Below the pieces are notes generated by a model that was not told where the DNA came from, did not search any database, and was given only the letters and a program-made list of their open reading frames with translations. Position numbers and translations under genes: made by a program. A stretch of 64,000 nucleotides of DNA from Tubiluchus corallicola. Taxonomy: Eukaryota; Animalia; Priapulida. Of the stretch, positions 38,660 through 51,800 are shown in pieces. Every line of letters begins with the position of its first letter. Positions within the stretch are counted from its first letter, which is position 1. The DNA is taken from positions 682,001 to 746,000 of the forward strand of contig JAQGDQ010000034.1 in the NCBI GenBank assembly GCA_030141605.1, in the 5' to 3' direction.

Positions 38660-38870
38660 GTTATATCAATATCAATAATCGATTTATTTCAATACCCGCT
38701 AGCAAAAGCGGTTGTAAGTGACCACAGTGAAGCTACCGAGTAACGACGGATGTGAGGAAAGATTTTTGCTATCGAGGACGTGGGCTTCGGTGATCGCGGA
38801 ATTGAAACTGTTTTAATGATGCGTCTGTAGTCCGAGATATCGTTAGAAAGAAAGTGATGACTGAAAAAGT
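38660..38870 (-). mobile_element. Short LINE 3' end remnant
   Basis: The minus strand ends in AATAAA plus an (ATTGAT)n tail, preceded by a degenerate SFF..T-like ORF end. Confidence 0.4.
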
Positions 38871-39890
38871 AGAATTATATGATAAAATCGTATTGTGAAG
38901 TGGGAAATGAGTCACTGAGCTTAAATGCAATAGGACTGGAAGTTGTTGGTCAGTTATAAATTTCTGGCTATCTGAGTCGCCTTATTAGCGATTTACATTA
39001 TACTTGTAAAATAAAGGTAATTATCAGTTATATCTACGCAAGTTGCTTCATCCAAGTGAAATACCATCGTAACGTTCGCATTATGGTTTGCAGAATCTAC
39101 ATTTATAAGTTTAGCTGTTTATGTCTACCAGCCGGTGTAGAATAATTAGTGCAGTTTGTAATACAGGCTATTTAGATAAATTTTAAATTTTCACTCGGTA
39201 TTCCACATCGCACTTTCACGGCCGCCATTAAAACGATCATAATCGAGAAAGCCCCAAGAGTTGTTCCTAAGAAAAAGCCTTTTAGAATTAGAATTGTGGC
39301 AAGTTGTTGACGTTTTGCTTCTTTTATTGTTATGAAATTATTCTTTCAAATTCGCACCTATTCAAAATACTTTGAACTAGAAATGTGTGATAAAAACAGT
39401 GTCATGAAAACAAGATATCTCTGTTACTCGAAGTCAGATATTCTGCTTTTTGGGCAGACATGCTAAACATGACATTACAAAGCAACTTCAATAGATCGTT
39501 CAGATTTATGAACGTAGTAAAATTGTTAATACAAGCTACCAGAGATTTGTCACTTCTTATATGGAGACTCACAATTTGAAGACTTGGTCCTTAATTTTAT
39601 AAAGCTGTTAAAAATCAAATGTACCAATAATTTCTTAGACGAATTCACTAATTCTAAGTATCATTATTTGTGATATTGTCAGTCGTCCAATTGTCTGTTT
39701 AGTGGCTATCAAATTCATTAAAGGGCCACTTTTGTTCATTTTGGTTTGTAGAAGATTAGTTTTTAATCTCTGCAGAAAAATAGTAGAAACTTGCGTTCAG
39801 ATATTTTTTGAAGTATGAGATATCTTTTATTATTTTGACAGAGTGAGAGAATTTGACACAGGAACAGTGCAGTGGCTGAATATTTCCTAG

Positions 39891-42800
39891 ATGCTGTCGC
39901 AAGTTTCCGTAAATGATGAAGTCGTGGAAACGGCCTACCAACTCTGCTGGGAGTTCCTCGGCGGTGCTTGGAAACAGCTTACCAAAGAAAAATTTCATAT
40001 TGAGGAAGTCAAGTGAGCGTGATTTTTTTCTACCACAGTGCAAAATATGCAAAAGTTGAGATCATTTGTTCACATTTGCTATTAAATTTGTATTAAGCAA
40101 TTATGGTGGTCTTGTATTTAGCTACCTAAATATCAAATATACTTTTACGAAGCTACAACATAGTCTTAATAATACAATTACTTGGCTAACTTAGCCTGGT
40201 TAATAATTGCATGCATACTCTGCTTGCATGAACATTGCACGTAATAGATAAAATGGTCCTGAGCTTGCCATTGATTTTTACATCTTATCCCATTCTGAAG
40301 TATGCTAAAAGGTGTATATTTTAACATGTATAATAATGCCAAACTGCTTCTGATACTTAAATAATGGCATAAAAGCTTAATTAATGGTTAGCGAGCGTAG
40401 CAAACGATAACGTCACAACTGAACGCAATTTTCAATGGCAGAAATGGTCCACAAGCATGTTGTACGTGTTTGCGAAAGCTAAAATTGCAGGACAGTGCTA
40501 ATGAAAACATTGACGGTGATACACAAAAACTGGTCGAATTTGCATTTAAAAATTTGAATTCCAATCTTATTATCGTTGTGTTATTGTGTAATTTCACGAC
40601 CATTATGTCAGAAACGAAGTAAGAGGTACTCCACCTGTAGTTAACATGTATTATCTTATAAAACGTTCCCAAGATGATGTTTAAGCAGAAAAGGGGGATT
40701 GTATGCAGCCATTTTACATCTAATAAATGTCCAGAGCAAAAATGTGAGAAACAGCAGCTAAACTGCCAAACTGTCAGCATTTAAAATGTAACAAAAAGAG
40801 GTCATGCGAATTCGGGATTGGAAATTCTGTGCCAGGCCTAGAGACATAAACTTGAGAGCCTGTTTACAAACCAGAGCAATGTAGGCATGCTGCAGCATGA
40901 TACTTTACAGTACGTGTGAACATTGAACCTTCGTATTTGATTCGAACGAGTTTTTTTAACTCCAAATGCGAGTCGAGCCTAAAATTATTGATTCAAATAA
41001 TTCACCATTTCAACTACATACGTTTCTTTATCATTAAAACATTTGAAACAGCGTGCAATCAGTGCAATTTAGCTGTAATTTCTGTGCACAATTTTTAAAT
41101 AAATATTAATGTTTTACTGCAGAACAGTAATGAGCAATATGCATAATCTTTGCACGACTGCCTTTTGTTAAGGATTCAAAAATCTTTAAAACGGTACTCT
41201 GATTCAAAATCTTGAAATTAGGTTTGATTCGAGTAGGAAAATCAAAAATTCGATTCAAATTCGCTTTCCGATAGAGAATCCTCATCCTCACTTTGCAAAT
41301 GAAATTTAGAAGACAACTTGTTTAGTGTGTTTCTTTATTGACGAGGCACTGGCCCTGAAGTACAGTTCATGTACATTTCAAGCATAGGCCTATGTGTTAG
41401 TATTCAAATATCACATTTCTGCTGCCCTTCCTTTGCACTGTCACTGATTGATAATCTTTTACCTACAGTCTAACTTTCATTAGCAATGGTCAAAAGTTAT
41501 GTTTGCATAGAAAGTGGAAGATCATTCTATCTTTTCTGTGTGCACTGTAAGTCTATAATTTTGTTGATAATACGAGTAAGTCTTACGTATATTGCTTATT
41601 GTAAGGCTGTTTTATAAATCATCAGTTATTTTTCACTTATTTCATAATAAATGAGTACAGGTGTTCGAAATTTTAAAGAAGAATACTAACTTGCCCGACG
41701 CAGGATTTGAATCTGTAGAATGGTACAAATTCTGTCTTGCCAAGTATGGTCCTATCCAAGGATAATGAACGCAAAATTAGTTGATTGATCAGAATGGTAA
41801 AGATCATTTTTGGCCAACAGAGTTGGCAATTTGAAATTGTACTACTGAGTTTAGGAAAAATTCTGGAAGATGTTGGCAGTAGCGTCGAAGAACATCATTC
41901 GTAATAAGAAATATACATCTGTAGAGTGTGGGCATGTATGAATTCATACGTTAACGTTTCTGCTGTATTTTTAGCGTTCAAACATTAAAGAGATGACAGT
42001 AAGAGTATGGCTTCCAGCTAAAGGTCTTTTGCTGTGTTTTAAGCATAGCTAATTCTGGCCCATTTGGAACAAAATAACATCTCTTGCTTTTGAGTGCTGG
42101 ATGACTTGACTGAGGCAATGGACAAAATAATGAAAACTATAACGTAGTGTACATAGTGTATTAGCCTTGCAGATAAAGCTGGTGCTTTCTTATTTAAATT
42201 AAAGAAAGTAAGACTTATCTGTACAGTACAGTATAGTTTTTATTTAGTTTAAAGAATAAATTTACAGATAATACATATTATTGCAATATATGTGGAAAGT
42301 TTATATTTATTACGATTATGAGATTCAAAGGTGCTCAAAGCTATTTTTAATTATTTTCTTACTAGTTAAGATAGAGGACGTTCTTCATAACCCTTTACCT
42401 GGTACTGACACCTAGCGTTGAACCACACACTTACTTTAGTGGGGCATGCATTTTAAGTGTGACCTCAATAAGACTGAGCGAAATGTAAACACGTGCTACG
42501 TACACACATAGCCCACCTTAAAACTGGCATGGGCCGGTTCAGCTGTGTATTACAGCTTGAGAACTCACGCGCTGACGTATCAGTATTACTGTAACCCCTA
42601 CACAGAGTAGAAATAAGCTTGCAATTTTTATGTATTAATGAGAGTTTAATCGTAAATAGATAGATGAAAATGAGAGGTAACATGAGAAATGATGAGAGAG
42701 AATTAGCGTTTAATATGTGTCGAGAGTTTTTGGGAGGAACGTGGGCCAATGTTGCCCCAGAGAAGGTTAAAATGTCCATAGTGATGTAAGTTCTCGTTTT

Positions 42801-45800
42801 ACGTTACTTATCTATCACTTGTGCACCGTAGTTTGAGAAGGAATCGAGATTTCGAGATTAGCTTATGCATTAAGTTTTACGTTATACATTTCTGTGATTA
42901 TTGTTGTTGTTTGTGCAATTGAATGGGAAGCAGCATATGACGCTATGTAATCACGGGTCAACGATAGTTCATGATACCCGTCAATAACAGACGTAAATTT
43001 CTTAACGTGCGTGGTGACTTCAGTGTGATACTAATAATAATAATAATCATGCAAATTTAAGGTGGTTGCGTGATTACGTAAGATAAATTGATATCAGATC
43101 ACATGTAAGTACATTATTTAATTAGCTTTAGTTTTAGTATCAGTTCAAAAAATTATGTATGCCAAGTACAGCGTACTAAGAGTTGAAAAAATCGTTCATT
43201 TTAAGCAAAGGGCGCTTGCCACACGATCGTGCAAATAGGGTTGAAACGTGCGACTAGAAATCCGCGTTTGTCATACTTTCTCAACTGCAACTGTGCTCTT
43301 TCGCTACCCATTTGCCTAGATGTTTTCAAGTTTTACGAAGCCAGTACATCTTACAATGACAATAACATAGCTACTGTATATATAATCGAACAAAAATTCT
43401 AGTAGGAAAGTTTTTGGAATTTTGCCAACTTTATGAGTTTGAAGTTGGCCCAGTTACAGTTGCACGTGTGGCAGAAATAGACATAGAGATAATTTGGTTT
43501 TGATGACCTTTAGAAACATGAGTCTAACACTAAAGTTTAGACTACACATGTTACACTTACTTTAACAAGCGTAAAAAAGATTGCTTGCTTAATAACAGGT
43601 ACTGTTTTGCTGTTAGTTTTAAGATTATGATTATTAGTTCTTTTCTCGTAAATTAAGCTTTTATCAATTTCTGACAAACGTTTTCTCATTTGTCTACTGG
43701 CACTAGATGTTTGCATAGCGGACTTTACGTGAAATAAAGAAGAAATTGTACTGAAATACATCGACTTTGCGGCGGGGGAGGGCATCGCTGGTGTTAACTC
43801 TCTAGTGTAATTTAAATATAACTCGACTGTAGGTTACGGTAATTTGATAATCAAGAGATTAGAAGTTTTGGGAAAAGTCATACGTAGGATTAGGGTTCTG
43901 TGGGGCTGTAAATTTACTAACAAGATAGCAATTGTTTTAAGTCGTATGTAACGAATTTTCTGTACGTATATATATAAAACAAATTCATTGACAGGCGGCC
44001 TGTGTAATTTACCCTGTTGATTCATAATCATCACGTGTTGTGATTCATGAGCGACTCACATGACGATTGCGTAATAACTGTCACAAATGATAACAATGTT
44101 TTCCACGGTAGCAACTACTGAAACATGTCAGAATCTATCACGAGAGTCACCCGGATATGGGACTGTTTTGACGGATTTCATTTCCGGATAGATAGCTTTA
44201 GGCACTTTCTTCCCAATGTTTTGTAGAGGATTTCCTGGAAACCCCTGTTGGTCACTTGTTGCTCGACGACGTAGCATTTCCTCCGGTTTCGCCTAACATT
44301 ATAATATATTTACTATGTTTTAAAAGTTTGACCGATACATTTGGCAGTCTTCCAAAAAATATTGCTTTGATGAGCGCAATGCTGTAAAAAATTGTCTTTT
44401 TCAGATTTGTTGATCCCCATTAAGCGTAGCATTCATAGTCCCGACGCAAAAAATGCGTGAATTGTGTCAAGGATTTTTTCTAGTTTTATGCTTAGTTAAT
44501 TGATCCATTCCCGCCTTGGTAGAACCTTCAAAGGAATCAGCACACAATGGACATGAGCCGTAGCGTACATATGCTAACTTTTTCTTGGTACGCTGCCAAT
44601 GACTGAATTCACCAGGTCGTTTTTGTGTGCGTCATGAAATGTTTTTGGAATTTTGCCAGGTCGTACGTGTAACTTGATAGGACTTTAATAAGTCACCTTG
44701 ATGTTGATTTTTTTACCGTTAAGGCAACTATATTATTATTTTAAGCTTTTGTGCTCTCATTTTCGTCATTTTTAATTACAATGCAAAAATGTTTGATACT
44801 GTATTTATATTCTAACATATTTTATTGAGTAATTACAATTACAATTCGGACAATACACACACGGTTTACAAAGATATAAATACATCGTAGGCCTATATAA
44901 CGCTATAAAAACATGCACTACATAATAAAAATACAATTATACAACTCAAATTCAATAATGTAGACTAAAGACAGAACATCAAACTTTGATGTATAATCCC
45001 AATGGTAAAACATAAATATACAAAAACGCAAATTTAAGGTAGTTACATACACGTATAGTATTTAATTTACATAAGTGACGCTAGTTATATTTATAGTTCG
45101 TTTTTTTAATTTATAATAATTACATCCTGGAACGGAGACATTTTGAAACAAAATTACAAGTAATTTGAAGAATTTCCGAATCGTTTTAGCCTAATAATAA
45201 TTTTAGTTTGACATCATCTGATAAGTAAGCAAAGTTTGGATATAGAGAGGTAATTCCTGAATAAATGGTGTTTCTTAGCTGTTCATATCTACTACAGAGC
45301 AAGAGCATGTGTGTTTTCAACTGAACATATGAAAAACAGAGATATTTATTTTTCTGCTTTGTACAATGTAGTAAGCACTATAACGATTGAGCCTCCATTG
45401 TACACAAAATAGACTCACACATTTAGATACAAGATACTTGGCCACATGACATTTAGACGACACAAGTAGTCTTGACCACCTGTGCAAACTGGGCAGTGAC
45501 TGTTTTGGACATGTAGGCAATTTGGACACAACGAATTTTGAACACATGTTGGATATTTGGACAGATTAATTGGGCAGCGACTGTATTGGACACGTAGACA
45601 GTTTGGGCGCAAAGGAAATTTGAGCACATATAGGTTTTTTGGACCCAGATGTCATTCGGACACACATACCATTTAGACACAAGCACGTTGTGAGATTGGC
45701 CGTGTACCAAAACAGTTACCTGCACATGAATAGTAAACGATTCGTTGACCCCTTCGTTGATAGATATTTACAGAAACGTGCTCTGCCTCCAGTCATATCT

Positions 45801-48800
45801 CAAAGGTGTTAATATAGGAGACCTCTTGTGCATGAATATTTGTCTAGTGCATTTTTAAAAACGTTTGTAGTCTTAGAACTGCTTCTGGTAGGGAATTTCA
45901 TAGATCTATTTCGGCATTTGAAAAGCTGTGCTTGTATTGCTGAGTGTTGCTTGTGCGCTCACATAGTTTGAGAGAATGATCTCTGGTGCAAGTGTGACGT
46001 AGAGCGAAGAAAGCTCCATGATTGATGTCGGAGTCCACATAAGATCTTGAACATCTCGGTCAGTCACCACCGTCGTCTACGAGAGGAGAGCTGATGGAGT
46101 CCAAAAGGTTGTAGTTTCTCAGTATATAATAGGCTGTCCAGCCCTTGGATCATGTTGACTGCCCTTTCTTGCACTGAGGTCCCAAACCTGACTCACATAG
46201 TCTGAGTAAGGTCTGACGATAGACATATGAATAATTCAAGAACTCAATAACTCAAGACAAGAATTCGACTGTTATAATAGTAGGACGTTCAGAAATTTAC
46301 AGCTCTTTGTTGCTGTCCAACGTTTTAGAATCTTCATCAGAAGAAGCCTCAATGACAAATAGCTACTAGCCTTATGGTTAACCTAGACATGACATGACGC
46401 GAAAAGACATGACAAAGAAAATCATTACCATACACCATGAGTAACGACAAAGGCTGCAGAAAACTAAAGAACAGGCCCCACAACAATTTTAAAAGCTGCG
46501 AGTAGTTTGATTGCAATGAGAGTCTGCTATTTGCTTTTAAGATAATGTTTAACCAAATGGATACAGTTCTGTGCTGATATAGTCCGTGTCAATTAAATTT
46601 CAACTTCTGTGGAAACCTTATAGCAGAATTTGCAGAGAGCTTGAAGTAAATTTGTAATAGACACTTTTAGACCGAAGATACGTGACTGGTTCACTCTTGT
46701 GGTTAAAGCAAAAAGAGAATGCAAAATTGCATTGAACTGTGAAACACTCCATTTGCTATTTACATGAAAGCAAAACGCACATGATGACCACTCAGCAGCA
46801 AGAAGAAAACAAACAGGCTGGCTTTAGCAGAGTTACCTAAGTCACGTGCATCTACTGAGCTTATCTGATTGGCTAGCGAAACTCACTAACAATCTTCACT
46901 ACCATCAGGGGAAGCCCAGCAGGTTCAGGTGACTACCGAGCAGTACTGACCAACGCCACAACTTGGGTTAAACTTGAGTCAAGTTACAATAATGAACAAT
47001 TTTAAGTGTAGGTGGCAGCACATGTTTAATTATTGGTAATACAGTGTAGTACTTTCAGTTACAAATCGCAAATGAAAATGTGCGCCAGTTTCGGCAATAT
47101 CGTACAATTGGATATGTAGCCAGTACGTTTAGGCCCTTTTTTGTCTGATAGCCTTAGGCCCGTGAAACGCTTGATCCGTCCCTGTGTAAACTACTGTGAA
47201 AAAGTCACTTGTGAAATCGAATGTTATGTTGGCTAGAGGCAGAAATTTATTGAAAACACGTGACGTTTATCTTGTCTCTTAAGTGTGCTGTGTCCCAATT
47301 ACTATTTGCATCCTGACTTGTAATGAAGATTAAAGAGCTTTTTATACACACTGAACGCAACACGCAAAGTATACTACTGTTTAATACTGGAAGTTTGCGG
47401 CGGGACTGGAATCTGTCTCATTATCAAAAGCAGCCAGTTAAGATGAGACACTGAACCAGTGGAAGTGTCTTGACCATGTTCATCTGTACAGCCCGCCCGT
47501 GTATTCTGCCTCAGTCCCATGTAACTTATGTACGTAAAATCCTTATATCACCTCTTTGTTTAAAATTATGCATAGGGGAAATTCCACAATTAGGGAGACG
47601 TGACACTAAAATTTCAATGGTTTTTTCCGTAATTTTTGTGTTTGTCGTAGCAAAAGACACGTTGAAGTTTCCAAGAAAAGTATTTGTCAGGGCGTATGAT
47701 TAATTTTAGATACTGAATTCACCACTTTTAAATGAGTGTACTTTCATGTAACGTTGGTAACCGTGGAATTGTCCATAGACAGTTATAGTTATATGCTCAG
47801 AACTACAACTGTTCATTGCATTTTGACGCGTATTGTTTAAAATATTATTGTTTTGTTTTATTCATTTAATGTATTTATTATGCATGCAATTATTTTACTA
47901 CCACATGTATGTGCATGCATCAAACATTTGTCTTGAAATATGAATTTTCCCTCTGTTCATGTAACTGTTCAGGTGACAAACTTCTCATTTGTTTTGGCCA
48001 ACTTCATTCGAGATTGCACAAAATTTTACTTTCCCTAAATAAAGCCAGTAAAATACTAAATATTACTAAAAAAAATTGCAACTGTGTATTTCTCTATTTG
48101 TTTACAACGATATTGCTAAACAAGTACGATAGAGTAATGATTATTTTTCATAATTATAATTCATTAATTATAATAGTACATTATAAATTCCATGCATCTT
48201 AGACACTTATCTACATACATCATTAAAGAAACAATATGGTTTTATTTTTATTTGCAGTGGTGGTTTGAGTAATGCGTTATATCTCTGCAGTCTACCTGTC
48301 AACACACCTGTTGTGTATCGTGAACCTAGGCAGGTAGGTCAGTTTCTTATGTTGATTTTGCAGAGATATTCTTGTAGTAATAGTAAACCTTTCTTATAAA
48401 TTAAAGGAAAATAGGATGATTTTTCGTAAACTGCCTCATTTTTAAATGCTGTAAACACCAATAATACTGCAAAAGCGTTTCTGAGAATTAAATAATAGAT
48501 TAAAAAATTAATTAATGGCGGGCAAGCCCAATTATTGATGATATCACAAACTAACAACGTAACTTTCAACAGCAAAGATATTAAACTAGGCAAGTTTTAA
48601 GATAAAAATTCGAATTTCAAATTTACGGCTGTGCTGACGCATGAGCTATCGAACGTGTGCAGAATGTCACAAGTGAACACGTCTGAGCTGAGAGATACAG
48701 CACCTGTTTTTTTGCGCAACGTTTTTGCAGGCGTTAGTCCCCACCAAACTAACGTGTGGTGAAATGTATGTAATAGCAAAGAACTAGACATGCGAACGCA

Positions 48801-51800
48801 AAATTGCATTTGTAATTTTTTCACCTAAGTCTTCGTTGAAAAAGTATGTTCCTTTCAAGATTTTAAAGAGCACATTGTTTTTAGCTATAATTTAAGATTC
48901 CGTCCGGTTTTCCTTTAATGAATTGTACTGTAACATTGAGCCAACAGTAGCATTAATAATACTCGTAATTTCACAGTTACTTAATATGCTGCGCACGTCA
49001 CGTTACAAATCACGTTACAAATTATGACACACATTGGCATGCGAATGGCGAAATCTAAACCATTCATTTTAACGTCTGAATTTGATTCATTGATTTGTCA
49101 CATGACATTTTGCTCTAAAATTTTGTGTAAGCTGTTGATACATTCATTACATTTACAACACGATCCATTTTGCTTACAGTAATTTTGACCTAAGTTAAAT
49201 TCTGTTTTACTTTCAGTTGAATTGCGTTTGCTTCATAAAATTTTAGATTTGAGTTTCACCTTTTAAGAATTTAGCTTGTTTTTTTGCTTTCACTTGATGT
49301 GAGATATAATTATTGATTTTTTCGTATTGCATCTTTACATTACTGTATCTGTTTTACCAAAAATTTATACATATAGTATAACTATTATTATTATTATTCA
49401 ATTTTCAAGACTTTCTCACTTACTATTTTTCTGCCCTTTAAAAATTTGGCTAGATTAAATATACATTTCTGCTACTTAGTACTTAATTTAATACCAAATC
49501 TATTTTTAATACTATAATGTTTATATATGTATGTGCATATGTGTGTATATATATATATATATGCACACCTAAAAAATGTCATGCGCCTGTAAGTAAACTT
49601 GTACTTTTAATAAGGGGCAGCTGACGAAGTGACCAGTAGGTCTTTCGCTGCTCCTTCTCAGTTGCAATGAATTGTAAAAAATAATTATGTCGAATTTTAA
49701 CTGCTATTGAGAAAATAAAATAGAATTGAATTTATGTGTGTATAAATAATTCATTCATGTCTTTTGTCACTTAGCGCGTCTCTTGTCACATGGAAGTCGT
49801 TTGCAAATGCGTGTGCACAGTTCTTGCAAGTCGTTGTTGCTCTGTCAGCTTTATTTTTTTTAAATGAATTAATTAGTATTTTGAGTAGAGGGTGAAGATT
49901 ATTAATTAATAATTTCACTTTTTGAGATGAATATCATTGGAAATCATCAATTCGATGACTTTTTAGTTTCTACCCAACAGCCAATTCTCACAAAGAAGTT
50001 AAATTTGGCATTTTCTAAGTTTGAAAGTGAACCTTTTTAGGCTAAATTTTTTTTAATCTTAATTTGACACGTTTCTTTTTGTGCAGTAGTGTGGCATGAG
50101 GTATGTAACAGGGGGATCGCACAGGGCTGCCATCTATAATTTTATTACTTTCTTGTAAATTTGAAGTATTCATATTTTTATGATGATTCTTTTCCCAAAT
50201 GGAAGAATTTTGAAGTTGGCCTGTTGGTGCCATTTTGTAGTCGCGCTGCCCCCCTAGCAGCCACTGAATGAAGTATTTTTGTTCGATAGTTTGTAGATTG
50301 TTTATGAGGTAAACGTAGTGAAAAATATCTAATAAATAAAATAGTTACAACATAAAAATAAATTTCAGGTTTTACTGCGCATCTTCGGTGATGTTTTGGA
50401 GGACGACAGAGAAGCCAAGATGCACGAAAATGTCATCTTCACAATTTTGTCGGAGCGAAAACTTGGACCAAAACTCTACGGCGTGTTTTCACGAGGCCGC
50501 CTAGAGGAACACATTCCGGTTAGTACACAACAAACTATTTATTTTTTCTTTACTTTATAGAGCTTCTGCACACAGCAGTATTTCATTATTACATCTATAT
50601 AATTTTGTTAAAAAGACTACTGCATTCTTTACATTTTTGCACTAATAAAAATTGTATTTTTTAATAATAGGAGTAAGCATTCTCTACTAGAAAGAGAACT
50701 CGAATCTAATGCAAGTTCAGTTTTAAAGATTTTTGAATCATTAATCAAAAGTAGTCTCACAATTATCTAGCATATTACTCCATTTACTACTGCAGTAAAA
50801 ACAATAATAATTTGTTTAAAAACGATGCACAGAAATCTCAGCTAAACTGTGTTTGCTGATTGCATAATGTTTCAAACATTTAAAGGAAAACATTAGTTCA
50901 GAATAAAGAATGGTCTAAAATATTGAAAGCTACAACAGCTTTTTTTAAATTAGAGCTTAGATTAAATAATATTTACCTCCGATAGTCAAATATTGTTAAA
51001 CTTTCAAAGCTACGCACAGCTAAGTGAATCTACTAAGAATGGCAATGGCGCCTTTTTGTCAGATGATACCAAAAAGGGAAGATGCCTACAACTGTACAAA
51101 CTGTGGTTAGTTTCTGGTGTAAGCAATAGCTGTGTTCGGTTGCAGTTGATTAATTTTCTAAGCTAATTATTCAAATACAAGAAATAATTGCTAACTTTTA
51201 TAGGCAAGACAATGTATATTTTGGACAGTAAATTAAAATGAGTTTGAGTCTAAACAATCGTCCGGTTTTCCTTTAATGATAAAGAACGTATGTGTTAAAG
51301 TGCTGAATCATTCTGATCTATAATTTTAGGTTAGAATTGAATTCAAACTAAAAAACGCTAACATTCGAGGTTAACTTTACTTAAAAATAGAATGTTTATC
51401 ACTTTTTTGGGCCTTAAACTAGCGAAAATTTTTATTTTAGTCTCGGTGCCTTCGCACTGAAGAACTGCAGGATCCAGACTATTCCGCTAGCATTGCCAGG
51501 AAGTTGGCAAGATTGCACCACTTGCACGTTCCCATCTGCAAGACCCCAAAGTGGATCTTTAACATGACAAACAGGTAGGTCATGTACTAGGCTATATCAC
51601 ATGGGTATGGTGAAGAGATACGTCATTGTCGTAATCATAATTTTAAATATTTGAAAAGATCATCGAAGGTCACAAAATTTCTGATAAGAAAATTAGAACT
51701 GCTCTAGTATTATAGTTGTGTAAACTGTTTTCAGAAGCAGTTGCATAAACAGTCTATGCTATGTGAATTTTTGATTATAAGTGGATTTATACGCAAATTT

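Noticed and set aside
42590-42890. Possible solo LTR (TGTAAC...ATACA)
   Set aside because: No TSD, no clear polyA signal, and no second copy in the window.
46283-46350. Hammerhead-ribozyme-like core on the minus strand (CTGATGA-AGATTCT-AAAACGTT...AACGTC), reminiscent of Penelope-like element ends
   Set aside because: The conserved GAAA reads AAAA and no adjacent stem I pairing exists. At best it is a decayed remnant.
40388-47703. Assorted ORFs in the long choline kinase intron as a nested gene
   Set aside because: No coherent exon chain or recognisable protein could be assembled on either strand.
50228-50265. CTCF-like GCTGCCCCCCTAGCAGCCA next to YY1-like GCCATTTT
   Set aside because: It has one extra C relative to the consensus spacing and probably lies in an old repeat. 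The motif alone is insufficient.
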